From: Fidelibacterota bacterium
GTDB taxonomy: Bacteria > Fidelibacterota > Marinisomatia > Marinisomatales > TCS55
NCBI GenBank assembly: GCA_016845785.1
Contig: JAERSH010000049.1
Span: forward strand, 40,140-104,139
Reading direction: 5' to 3'
DNA: 64,000 nucleotides
Below, piece after piece: positions 11,009 to 21,100 of the stretch. The notes under the pieces were generated by a model. The model was not told the origin of the DNA, made no database searches, and saw only the letters and a program-made list of their open reading frames with translations. The translations under genes were made by a program, and so were the position numbers. How positions within the stretch are numbered: the stretch's first letter is position 1; every line of letters starts with the position of its first letter.

Positions 11009-12223
11009 ATGAAAAAGTATTTATTAAAATTGGTTTTTCTCCCAATTATTATCATTAGTTGTGAAGATCCTCATGAGGAAAACCGCCCGCCACCTCGAAA
11101 TCTAACTACAGTTGAAAGAGCACTCGTTTCATCAGATAATACTTTTGGCCTAAAAGTCTTTAAAGCCTTAGGTAAAGCCGACCCCGACAGCAATTTATTT
11201 ATCTCACCCCTCTCTATTTCAATGGCTTTAGGGATGACCCTGAACGGCGCTGCCGATTCCACCTATGAGGCCATGAAAAACACATTGGAATTGGCTGAGC
11301 TGACAGAGATCAAAATCAATGAATCCTACCAAAGCCTCATTAAACTTTTAGTGGACATGGATCCAAAAGTGGCCTTCAAAATTGCCAATTCCATTTGGTA
11401 TAGGGACGGCCTTCCGGTTTATGAAGAATTTATTCAGACCAATAAAACGTATTTTGACGCGGAGGTGGCTGCTCTGGATTTCAGCGATCCGAAAGCGGTG
11501 GATCAAATCAATGATTGGGTCAGCGACAATACCAATGAATTGATTAAAAAAATCATAAAAGTAATTCCAGCTGAAATGGTCATGTACCTGATTAACGCCA
11601 TTTATTTTAAAGGGAATTGGCGTTTTGAGTTCGATCCGAAAAAAACCAAGGATGGCGCTTTTCATAATGATGATGGTTCCGAATCCAGAGTGCCCATGAT
11701 GAACCAATTAGATTTATCTGCCCCTTTGCTCCGAAATGACGAAACTACAATCGTAGATTTACCTTATGGTGATTCATTATTCACCATGACCATTTTTCTT
11801 CCCCGAGGAGATTTAGATCAATTTGTGGCTAGCCTGTCTTCCCAAAAAATATCAGAATGGATTGTGCAACTGGCCCCTGCCAGCTTTGATTTGACCATGC
11901 CGCGCTTTGAATTGGAATATGAAAAGAAGCTGAATAAAATTTTATCTGATTTAGGAATGGAAATTGCATTCGATGAATGGGAAGCCGACTTTTCCCGTAT
12001 TATGCCCATTGGCGGCGGCGTCAATCTTTACATCAGTGAAGTGAAGCATAAAACATATATTAAAGTGGACGAAGAGGGAACGGAAGCCACCGCAGTCACC
12101 AGCGTGGGGATTGGAGTCACATCCATGCCGCCCAGTATTGTTATTGACCGCCCCTTTGTGTTTGCCATTCGCGAGAACCACTCCGGCACAATTTTATTTT
12201 TAGGCAAGATCATGAATCTATAA
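11009..12223 (+). CDS. Serpin-family protease inhibitor, predicted lipoprotein
   Basis: 404-aa ORF with a signal peptide and lipobox (IIISC). Has serpin hinge/RCL EEGTEATAVTSVG... and the C-terminal signature DRPFVFAIRENHSGTILFLGKIMNL. Confidence 0.9.
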   Translation: MKKYLLKLVFLPIIIISCEDPHEENRPPPRNLTTVERALVSSDNTFGLKVFKALGKADPDSNLFISPLSISMALGMTLNGAADSTYEAMKNTLELAELTEIKINESYQSLIKLLVDMDPKVAFKIANSIWYRDGLPVYEEFIQTNKTYFDAEVAALDFSDPKAVDQINDWVSDNTNELIKKIIKVIPAEMVMYLINAIYFKGNWRFEFDPKKTKDGAFHNDDGSESRVPMMNQLDLSAPLLRNDETTIVDLPYGDSLFTMTIFLPRGDLDQFVASLSSQKISEWIVQLAPASFDLTMPRFELEYEKKLNKILSDLGMEIAFDEWEADFSRIMPIGGGVNLYISEVKHKTYIKVDEEGTEATAVTSVGIGVTSMPPSIVIDRPFVFAIRENHSGTILFLGKIMNL

Positions 12224-12326
12224 TTAGTGACTTCCATCATTATTAACTTTATTTCACAATATTAGTATAAAAAGAATATATTTTATCGGTTTCCTTCGGT
12301 TCTAATCTTCAGCGTAATTTAGATAG

Positions 12327-13238
12327 ATGAAAAAGTATATTCCGCCCTTAGCCGTAATATTCGCAGCAATACTCTGGAGCTTTGATGGTTTTATCCGCCA
12401 AAACCTTTTTACGCTGCCCTCCTTCTTAATCATTACACTTGAACATGTAATCGGCGCCATTGTCTTTTTTCCTTTCCTCCTAAAAGGATGGAAGGAAATA
12501 TCCGCACTGCGACAACGGGGGTGGATTTCTATATTATGGATCAGTGTTTGTGGGGGAATTTTAGGTACATTTTTCTACACCAAGGCGCTCAGCTATGTAA
12601 ATTATATCGACCTTTCTGTAGTCGTATTGCTTCAAAAATTTCAACCTATATTTGCCATTGCTCTGGCTGCAGTTATCCTGAAAGAAAAAATTACAAAGCG
12701 GTTTTTGATCTTGGCTGCCACGGCCATCATTGGGGGCTATTTCGTTACATTTGGAGACAGTCCCATGACCGCATGGGATGATAAAACCATTATTGCAGCC
12801 TTACTTGCACTTTTGGCAGCATTCAGCTGGGGTAGCTCCACGGTTCTGGGAAAGCATGCATTAAAGCGGCTATCGTTTAAAACAGTCACATCCCTTCGCC
12901 TTTCCGTGACGGGAGCTATTACATTGTTTGTGTTGATATCAACGGGGCAATATGAAATAGCTACCGAAATGACATTAGATCACTGGAAATATATCCTGCT
13001 TATCGTCATTAGTACCGGTTCGCTGGCTTTGTTCATTTACTATTACGGATTGAATCATTTGCCCGCATCTCATGTGACGCTCTACGAATTATTTTGGCCA
13101 TTATCCGCAGTCGCTATGGATTGGTATATCCGTGGTAATATGATGTCCGGCGTGCAGTGGATGGGCACTGCACTGTTGCTTGGGGCCATTATCCTTTTAT
13201 CTCGCGACGACAGCCTTGGCCAAACTCAGTCAGAATAA
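12327..13238 (+). CDS. EamA/DMT-superfamily transporter
   Basis: 303 aa with about 10 predicted TM helices in two halves, typical of a duplicated EamA domain. Confidence 0.8.
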   Translation: MKKYIPPLAVIFAAILWSFDGFIRQNLFTLPSFLIITLEHVIGAIVFFPFLLKGWKEISALRQRGWISILWISVCGGILGTFFYTKALSYVNYIDLSVVVLLQKFQPIFAIALAAVILKEKITKRFLILAATAIIGGYFVTFGDSPMTAWDDKTIIAALLALLAAFSWGSSTVLGKHALKRLSFKTVTSLRLSVTGAITLFVLISTGQYEIATEMTLDHWKYILLIVISTGSLALFIYYYGLNHLPASHVTLYELFWPLSAVAMDWYIRGNMMSGVQWMGTALLLGAIILLSRDDSLGQTQSE

Positions 13239-14478
13239 CCAGCGCAGAAACCTTCGCTTTAACATCATCCACGAATTCTTTTTTGGATTTGGTGTTGCCT
13301 TTAATGATGTATCCACAATCTTGCCATTGTTTATGACCTTATTAGGAGCCCCTTTGGCGATTGCAGGATCCATGGCAGGACTCCTGGCCATTCTCATGGC
13401 TGCTCCTCAACTTATATCGGCACTTCTCGCTCGTAATACTGTGAATATTCGATCGGCAACTATCAAGGTCCACCTAACGGTTTTACCACCAATTTTTATT
13501 GCTGGATTTGTATTCGCATTTTTTGCCCCCACCGGCCCAAGCGCATGGATATTCTATTACATCTGTTTCATTTTTTACGCGTTGGGCATTGGATTTATTA
13601 TTCCGATTTGGACTAACTTTTTAAAACATGTTACCGATCGGAAAAATCGGGGAACGTTTTTAGGCATCTCATTTATAGGCAATAGTATCGGTGGATTTCT
13701 AGGTGGCATTGTAGTCAAAAACTTGCTAGACAGCTCCATTCCCTTCCCGGTGAATTTTGGTTGGGGTTTTCTCATTTTGGGCATTGCGCTGATTATCAGT
13801 ATTGCTGCCTATTGGGGATTTAAAGTAAAAAATCCTGCTCACAGTCCTAAAAAGAGAACCATTTCAGATTTTATTAATGAAACAAAAACGCTTTTAAAGA
13901 CCAATCAAAACTTTAGACGATATATCTATAGCCGAATATTTTTAACCGCCCAATTTCCGGCCATTAGCCTTTATGCGGTGTATGCTCGAGATTTATTCCA
14001 TTTTGAAGTAAGCGAGGCCGGATTATTAACGGCCACTCGGCTCGTGGCATTTGGTGTTGGCAGTATTGTTGCGGGGAAAATCGGTGATCGGGTCAGTCAT
14101 AAAACCGCCATGGCGTTTTGTTTTTTATGCCATACACTTGCCATGGGCACGGCACTCACAGCTCAATCTATGACGTGGGTATATGGTATATTTATCTTTT
14201 TGGGCATGGCCCAAGGAGCATTTATGCCTGCGGCCATGTCCTTGGTGTTTGACTTTGCTGGAGAAGATGGAGATAATAAAATGATCATGGCTCTGATTGA
14301 TACCATTTTATGTCCATTTATTTTGATTGCTATTTCTTTAGGTGGATTTCTAGGTGAAATGGTTAGTTTGGCCTTTTTATTTCGAATTTTAGGTGTGGCC
14401 ATGCTCACAGGATTTCTTATCATTGTTTTCTTGGTCCGTAACCCTCATCATGAACCAATCATAGATTCAAATCTATAA
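13180..14478 (+). CDS. MFS-type transporter (start uncertain)
   Basis: 432-aa polytopic membrane protein with about 12 hydrophobic segments. The track start at 13180 is a TTG overlapping the upstream gene by 59 nt. An alternative in-frame TTG lies at 13216. Confidence 0.7.
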   Translation: MGPLSFYLATTALAKLSQNNQRRNLRFNIIHEFFFGFGVAFNDVSTILPLFMTLLGAPLAIAGSMAGLLAILMAAPQLISALLARNTVNIRSATIKVHLTVLPPIFIAGFVFAFFAPTGPSAWIFYYICFIFYALGIGFIIPIWTNFLKHVTDRKNRGTFLGISFIGNSIGGFLGGIVVKNLLDSSIPFPVNFGWGFLILGIALIISIAAYWGFKVKNPAHSPKKRTISDFINETKTLLKTNQNFRRYIYSRIFLTAQFPAISLYAVYARDLFHFEVSEAGLLTATRLVAFGVGSIVAGKIGDRVSHKTAMAFCFLCHTLAMGTALTAQSMTWVYGIFIFLGMAQGAFMPAAMSLVFDFAGEDGDNKMIMALIDTILCPFILIAISLGGFLGEMVSLAFLFRILGVAMLTGFLIIVFLVRNPHHEPIIDSNL

Positions 14479-14529
14479 ATCTTTTACTTGGAATTCTGAC
14501 GATACAAACTGCAATTTTACTGTTCTAAA

Positions 14530-14904
14530 ATGAAGTTTAGTCTTACCAAAGCAGCCCTAATTCTTTCCATCGCATTCATGGTGAGTGGATGTAAGGAAGA
14601 CCCCCAGCGCCATTTAAAATTAGGCAAATGGTATGCCCATAAAGGACTGGTGGAAGAAGCCATCCTTGAGTTTAAAGAGGTGACGCGCCTATACCCGGAA
14701 CCCCATAAAAATCTGGCGCGAGAAGATTATCAGGCCTTAAGCAATGCCCATTATAATCTATCGCTCATGTATACCAAAAAGGGGTGGTGGGATTATGCAT
14801 TGAAGGAGGCAGAAGTATGTTTTCAGATGCTGCCCACCAAAGATCATTATGATTTGGTGTCCCTTATAAAACAAAGAGCCGAACTCGAAGAATCCGGCTC
14901 TTAG
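14530..14904 (+). CDS. Small TPR-like lipoprotein
   Basis: 124 aa with a signal peptide and lipobox (MVSGC), plus helical-repeat sequence (LGKWYAHKGLVEEAILEFKEV..., NAHYNLSLMYTKKGWWDYALKEAE). Confidence 0.5.
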   Translation: MKFSLTKAALILSIAFMVSGCKEDPQRHLKLGKWYAHKGLVEEAILEFKEVTRLYPEPHKNLAREDYQALSNAHYNLSLMYTKKGWWDYALKEAEVCFQMLPTKDHYDLVSLIKQRAELEESGS

Positions 14905-14906
14905 CA

Positions 14907-14956
14907 AATTATTTAAAACGTAATTCTGTAGTATGATGTTTACGTTTTAAATAATT
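14907..14956. terminator. Candidate bidirectional terminator hairpin between convergent genes
   Basis: A perfect 17-bp inverted repeat, AATTATTTAAAACGTAA (14907-14923) / TTACGTTTTAAATAATT (14940-14956), with a 16-nt loop, followed on the plus strand by ACTTTTTTATT. The stem is AT-rich, so stability is modest. Confidence 0.5.
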
Positions 14957-14971
14957 ACTTTTTTATTCTTC

Positions 14972-15754
14972 CTAAATTGATCCAGAACGATGTTCACCGC
15001 CATCACAATAAATGATGGAGCAATTGATGAAATCCGCTTCTGGTTTTAACAGCATAGAAATTGTTCCCGCCACATCTTCTGGTGTGGTGGTTCGGCGCAT
15101 GGGGTTTCTCGCTTTCGTTCCCTCCACCCAATCTTCCCAACGATCCGTGATTTTCGTCAGCGCCCGTGTAGGCGTAACCCCTGCTTGAACTGCATTGGCC
15201 GTGATTCCAAATTGACCCAATTCCCATCCGATTTGCCGAATGATTGCTTCCATGGCTACCTTAGCCACGCTGACAGGGCCATATCCTTCCATGGCCAAAT
15301 AGTTTCCTTCGCTGGTGAGCCCCATGACACGGGAGCCCTGTCCCAACAATTTTTCTGCGAATAATTTCTGAGTCCAATACAAAAGGGCATTCCCCATTAC
15401 ATGAACTGTCATATCCATTTGACGTTGGGTCACTGGTTTTTCGCCAAAGAAATTAGTGGTCGTTCCAAATGCAATGGAATGCAGCAGCAATTTTACCCGC
15501 TCTCCCCCCGTGATCTCTTTGATCTGAGGCAGAAATTTATCCATGGTTTCTTCTGCAGCGGCATTGGTGTTAAAATAATGGCAGCGACCACCTGTGATTT
15601 CATTCACTTCAGCTATGGTTTCTTCCGCTATCTTTTTTGCCTCACCTCTATCGAAATGAAATGCAATAATTCCATAACCATCTTTGGCCAATCGTTTAGC
15701 AGTGGCGGCACCATGACCGGTGGATCCGCCCAATAATAATACCCATTCAGACAT
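14972..15754 (-). CDS. SDR-family oxidoreductase, probable enoyl-ACP reductase (FabL/FabI-like)
   Basis: 260 aa with Rossmann motif LLLGGSTGHGAATAKRLA and a Y-x6-K catalytic spacing (YGPVSVAK) as in FabI/FabL rather than classical Y-x3-K SDRs. It is divergent from fabA. Confidence 0.55.
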   Translation of the reverse strand: MSEWVLLLGGSTGHGAATAKRLAKDGYGIIAFHFDRGEAKKIAEETIAEVNEITGGRCHYFNTNAAAEETMDKFLPQIKEITGGERVKLLLHSIAFGTTTNFFGEKPVTQRQMDMTVHVMGNALLYWTQKLFAEKLLGQGSRVMGLTSEGNYLAMEGYGPVSVAKVAMEAIIRQIGWELGQFGITANAVQAGVTPTRALTKITDRWEDWVEGTKARNPMRRTTTPEDVAGTISMLLKPEADFINCSIIYCDGGEHRSGSI

Positions 15755-15877
15755 TGTTTACTCCATAATTAAAGGGTGAATTTAAAGAGACTGATCCATC
15801 AAAAAAATGAGATTGAAAACTTTGGCGAATTAAATGCATAATTGAGGGTAAATTTAGGGCTTGTATAGGAGCAATTA

Positions 15878-16429
15878 ATGTCGCGCAAAAATAGTTTTAC
15901 AAAAGAAGATTTAATCAATAGCGGTTTGGGCAAACTTTTTGGGATGGATAAGGGCAAGCTACCCGCCCCCCCCATGCTCATGATGGATCGTATTACACAC
16001 ATTTCTGAAGATGGTGGGAAGTACGGTAAAGGTGAGATTGTTGCCGAACTAGATGTAACCGAAGATCTGTGGTTTTTCCACTGCCATTTTAAAGGTGATC
16101 CGGTCATGCCTGGCTGTCTGGGTTTGGATGGCATGTGGCAATTGGTGGGATTTTTTCTCACGTGGCTCGGTGGTAATGGCCGTGGCCGCGCATTGGGGGT
16201 TGGTGATCTAAAATTCAAAGGGCAAGTACGTCCCTATCATGAAAAAGTCACGTATAAAATCGATGTGAAAAAACTGCTCAAGCGGGGAGAAAAATATATG
16301 ATCTGGGCTGATGGCGAATTGAGCATCGGCATTGATCGTATTATCTATTTTGCCAAAAACCTCCAAGTAGGATTATTTGACAATCTTACTTATGATTTTG
16401 GCGGCGATCCTGCTCTGGATTCATTTTAA
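15878..16429 (+). CDS. fabA: 3-hydroxyacyl-ACP dehydratase / trans-2-decenoyl-ACP isomerase
   Basis: 183 aa. [15 protein letters not shown], active-site His context [25 protein letters not shown] (His and Asp of FabA), and FabA-like length. Confidence 0.88.
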   Translation: MSRKNSFTKEDLINSGLGKLFGMDKGKLPAPPMLMMDRITHISEDGGKYGKGEIVAELDVTEDLWFFHCHFKGDPVMPGCLGLDGMWQLVGFFLTWLGGNGRGRALGVGDLKFKGQVRPYHEKVTYKIDVKKLLKRGEKYMIWADGELSIGIDRIIYFAKNLQVGLFDNLTYDFGGDPALDSF

Positions 16430-16472
16430 ACATATCTGTTTAAAACCAACTGAACAGTAATTAGGATTTTTT

Positions 16473-17570
16473 ATGGCACTGCGATGCGGCATCGTTGGAT
16501 TACCCAATGTGGGCAAATCCACCATATTTAATGCCCTAACGGCATCTTCCGTTCCGGCAGAAAATTATCCATTTTGCACCATTGAACCCCACATGGGTAT
16601 TGTTCCCCTTCCGGATGATCGCTTGACCAAACTGGAAAAAATATTTAATCCGGAGAAGGTGACACCAGCCACTGTGGAGTTTACGGATATTGCCGGCCTT
16701 GTCCGAGGTGCCAGTAAAGGGGAAGGCTTGGGAAATCAATTCTTAAGTCAAATCCGTCAAGTGGCGGCCATTGTCCATGTGGTGCGTTGTTTTGAAGATG
16801 ACAATGTGGTACATGTAGAAGGCGGTGTTGACCCAGTTCGTGATGCAGAACTGATTGAAACCGAATTGCTTTTGGCTGATTTAGAGACCTTAGAGAAAAG
16901 TGTATATCGATTAACCAAGCTCGCTAAAAACGAAAAAAGCGCCCAAAAAGAGTTGGATGTTGTATCCCGATTAAAAACCCATTGTGATGCAGGAAATATG
17001 GCGCGAACATTTGAAGCAGACGAAGAGGAAGCAACTATAATTCGAACTCTATTTTTATTGACGAGAAAGCCTATCCTTTACGTGGCCAATGTGGATGAAG
17101 ATGAAATTACCCATGATAAAAGAAATCCCCACGTGCAGGCGCTTTTTGATTTTGCCAAAAAGGAGAATAATCTCGCCATTCGCCTCTGTGGAAAAATTGA
17201 GCAGGAAATTGCGGTGCTGGATGATGAGGGAAGGGCCATGTTCTTGGAAGAATACAATCTCCCAGAACCAGGATTAAATAAATTGATTCACGCTGGTTTT
17301 AACCTCCTCGGGCTTGAAACTTATTTCACAGGCGGCCCAACAGAAGTCCGCGCGTGGACCATTAAACAGGGTGCTTCAGCGCCGGAGGCTGCTGGGGAGA
17401 TTCATACCGATTTTCAAAAAGGGTTCATCAAAGCGGAAGTAATTAAATATGATGACTTGGTCCGATTAGGATCTGAAAAGTCGGTGAAAGATGCCGGGCT
17501 GGCACTTCTACAAGGTAAAGAGTATACGGTTCAAGATGGGGACTGTATTTATTTTCATTTCAACGTATAG
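16473..17570 (+). CDS. ychF: Ribosome-binding ATPase YchF
   Basis: 365 aa with G1 motif GIVGLPNVGKSTIFNALT, DIAGLVRGAS, and the C-terminal TGS-like domain (YTVQDGDCIYFHFNV). Confidence 0.95.
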   Translation: MALRCGIVGLPNVGKSTIFNALTASSVPAENYPFCTIEPHMGIVPLPDDRLTKLEKIFNPEKVTPATVEFTDIAGLVRGASKGEGLGNQFLSQIRQVAAIVHVVRCFEDDNVVHVEGGVDPVRDAELIETELLLADLETLEKSVYRLTKLAKNEKSAQKELDVVSRLKTHCDAGNMARTFEADEEEATIIRTLFLLTRKPILYVANVDEDEITHDKRNPHVQALFDFAKKENNLAIRLCGKIEQEIAVLDDEGRAMFLEEYNLPEPGLNKLIHAGFNLLGLETYFTGGPTEVRAWTIKQGASAPEAAGEIHTDFQKGFIKAEVIKYDDLVRLGSEKSVKDAGLALLQGKEYTVQDGDCIYFHFNV

Positions 17571-17578
17571 GTGATGAT

Positions 17579-18061
17579 ATGTGGTTCTTTATGATTTTAT
17601 CTTACATCATGGTTGCCCTATCAAGCATTGGCCTAGGTTTAGTGGGTTTCAATCATTATTTTGATTTTTGGGCACGGAATCACATTACACTAGACCTACT
17701 CGTTAGTATCATCTTTATTGCAGCTCAAACGTTGGTGATGTTCTTTTTTGTGGGAACCGGTGTGAATGTTCGGGAGTACCTAGAATCACACCCGGATTTG
17801 GGAAAAGACCTTTATCAACAAATGTTCGCCATTAAAAGAAAATTGTATCCACCTACCATGATGGTCACTATTTTATTTATGGCCATGGTAATTGTAGATG
17901 GCGCATTTTTCATAGGGAAGGTATCTGAGTGGTGGTTCCATGGATTGTATCTTGGTACGGTGTATTATTTCTATAAAGCCACAACGGTGCAACATGCTTC
18001 ATTTAGAGAAAGCACTGAAATTGTCCTTGCCATGACAAAATCGGAGCGGGTTGATTCATAA
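17579..18061 (+). CDS. Hypothetical integral membrane protein (about 4 TM)
   Basis: 160-aa ORF 8 nt after ychF, with four hydrophobic segments and no recognisable motif. Confidence 0.5.
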   Translation: MWFFMILSYIMVALSSIGLGLVGFNHYFDFWARNHITLDLLVSIIFIAAQTLVMFFFVGTGVNVREYLESHPDLGKDLYQQMFAIKRKLYPPTMMVTILFMAMVIVDGAFFIGKVSEWWFHGLYLGTVYYFYKATTVQHASFRESTEIVLAMTKSERVDS

Positions 18062-18100
18062 AGAATTCAATATTCACTTTGCATTAATTTTCCAACGGAT

Positions 18101-21100
18101 ATGAAATACAAAATCATCACAATCATTATTTTCTTGTTCATTTTTGGATGCACACAATCCGATCCAGGCTGGGAAAAAGGACAAATCTATAAAGTCGCAC
18201 CTCTACCTGTGCCCATTGGATCCAACACCACGGGATTCATAGAATTAAATCCATCAGAAACGGGTGTCATTGCTGCCAATAAAATTGGCCAAAAAGAGGT
18301 GATGGAAAACCAACATTTAATGCACGGCTCCGGTGTCGCATTGGGCGATGTGAATGGTGACGGGTGGGTTGATATTTATATCCCACGCATACGGGAGTCC
18401 AATATTCTTTATATGAATAAGGGCAATTGGATTTTTGAAGATCAAACCAAGGCCGCGGGCGTAGCTTGCGAGGGACGTCATTCTACCGGTGCCACATTTG
18501 CCGATGTGGATGGAGATCGCGACTTGGATCTTATTGTGACTGCTTTGGGCGGCCCTAATAGTGTCTTTTTGAATGATGGAAAGGGCAATTTTAAAGAAAG
18601 AAAGCTACCATCATTTTTAGATCGTCCCGGCAGCACGTCTTCTACGTTGGCTGATGTAGATAATGACGGCGACCTAGACCTCTACATCACCAATTATAAA
18701 CGCTTAGCCATGCGGGATTCTCTGCCGCCACCGGTCATCAGCTTTGACAATACATTGATGGAAATCACCAACAACCGCTGGATAGTCATGCCTCCGTTTA
18801 ATAAGGAGTATGAAACATCGGTCCGTAACAATGTGTTGCTTCGGTTTGAAATGGCAGAAGTAGACCAGTTTTACTTGAATGATGGTGAAGGCAACTTTAA
18901 TCTCATTGATATTACAAACAGCCATTTTACGGATGAAAATGGAGATCCTATCCAAGATCATTTACGTGATTGGGGATTAATGGCCCAATTCCGAGATATC
19001 AATAACGACACCCATCCTGATCTTTATATATGCAATGATTTTGAAAGTCCAGATCGAGCGTGGATTAATAATGGAGATGGTACATTTAAAGCCATCTCTA
19101 AATTGGCCATTCGCCACACCAGCAACTCTTCAATGGCTGTGGATTTCGCCGATCTCAATAAGGATGGGAATACAGATTTCTTTGTGACCGATATGATGAG
19201 CCAATCCCATATCCTGCAAAAAACACAAATGGGTACCATGGCACCCACGCCCCTATCCATTGGTGAAATTGACAATCGACCTCAGTACATGCATAATACC
19301 ATGTTCTTAAATCGTGGTGATCACACCTTTAGTGAAATTTCTCAATTTAGTAATACACAAGCATCAGAATGGTCTTGGGCCAATATGTTTATGGATGTGG
19401 ACTTGGATGGACATGAGGATATTTTAATCACCACAGGGCATATGTATGATGTGCAGGATTCGGACGCACTTCAGCGTCAAACGGAAGCGCTTCAACGCAT
19501 CAATTCATTCGACGCATATAAAAGAATGATTTTTGAATTCCCTACTTTGGAGCTAAAAAATATTGCCTTCAAAAATAAGGGTGGACTCAAGTTCGAAAAT
19601 GTTACAGACGGATGGGGGCTCGGCAACGAAAAAGATATTTCGCACGGTATGGCCACTGCTGATTTGGACAATGATGGTGATTTGGATATAGTCATCAATC
19701 GCCTCAACCAAAATGTTGGGTTGTTTAGAAACAATACTGATGCAAACCGATTGGCCATTCGATTGAGGGGTGAGGGGAATAACCCTCAAGCTATCGGTGC
19801 TAAAATTATTGTAAAAGGATATTCAACAGTTCAATCTCGCGAGGTAATTGCCGGCGGGCGATATCTATCAGGGGATGACCCTCTCCAGGTTTTTGCAGCG
19901 GGGAATGATTTAATGTCAGTCGAAATTCAGTGGCGGAACGGAACCAAAACGGCTGTGGACTCGGTAAAAGCCAACCACCTCTATACCATTCGCCAAATCA
20001 ATACGTTGCCAATTTCCGTGGATGGTAATGCTGATAAACCATTATTTACTGATAAAAGCGAACTCTTAAACCATACACATTATGAAGCACCATTTGACGA
20101 TTTCGCAAATCAAAGCCTTCTCCCCAATCGATTTAGTCAATTGGGCCCGGGGGTGGCCTGGATGGATATGGATGAAGATGGGGATGAGGACCTTTTTATA
20201 ACCGGTGGGCGTGGCGACAAAATGCATCATTTTGAAAATAAGGATGGGGTTGCATTTTCCCCGCTAAGTACTGAAGATAGCCTAACCCAAGATGCCACCA
20301 CTGTATTAAGTACCATTGATTCACAAGGTCAGCGTGCCCTTTTGACCGCAAAAGCCAATTTTGAATCCATTGATAATTCACCCAGTTTAATAACCACCTT
20401 ATCTCCAAATGGGAAATCTAATTTGGAAAGCATCTCCCACATGGCAGGACCCATGTCTCAGGCCGACATTGATGGAGATGGGGACTTAGATCTATTTGTA
20501 GGCGGCCGTGTAATCCCAAATCAATACCCTAAACCCGCCTCATCCATCCTATATAAAAATGAAAATGGAAAATTAATTCCTGATATGAAACAGGGTACAT
20601 CTTTTACGGATATCGGTTTGGTTTCCGGATCTGTGTTCAGCGATATCGATAATGATGGTGATCCAGATTTGATTTTGGCATTGGAGTGGGGACCGATTAC
20701 CGTATTCCAAAACAACAATGGCCGTTTCAAAGATGTAACATCTAATATGGATTTGTCCCAATACAAAGGGTGGTGGAATGGTGTTGCTACCGGGGATTTT
20801 AATAACGATGGTCTTCTGGATATTGTGGCCACAAACTGGGGTGTAAATACAAAGTATCATTTTTCACCAAACCACCCACGCCAAGTCTATTTTGATGATT
20901 TTGACAATAACAATGTGTTGGATATTGTTGAAGCACATTATGATGATGATTTTAATGACCTTGTTCCAGAGCGCGGCTTTTCCTGTATATCCAATGCCAT
21001 GCCATTTGTTCGTGAAGAGAAAGAAACATTTCTCAATTATGCCCAATCGTCTTTGGGAGACATTTTTGGAAATTCATTAAATACGGCGCCTTATCTCGAA

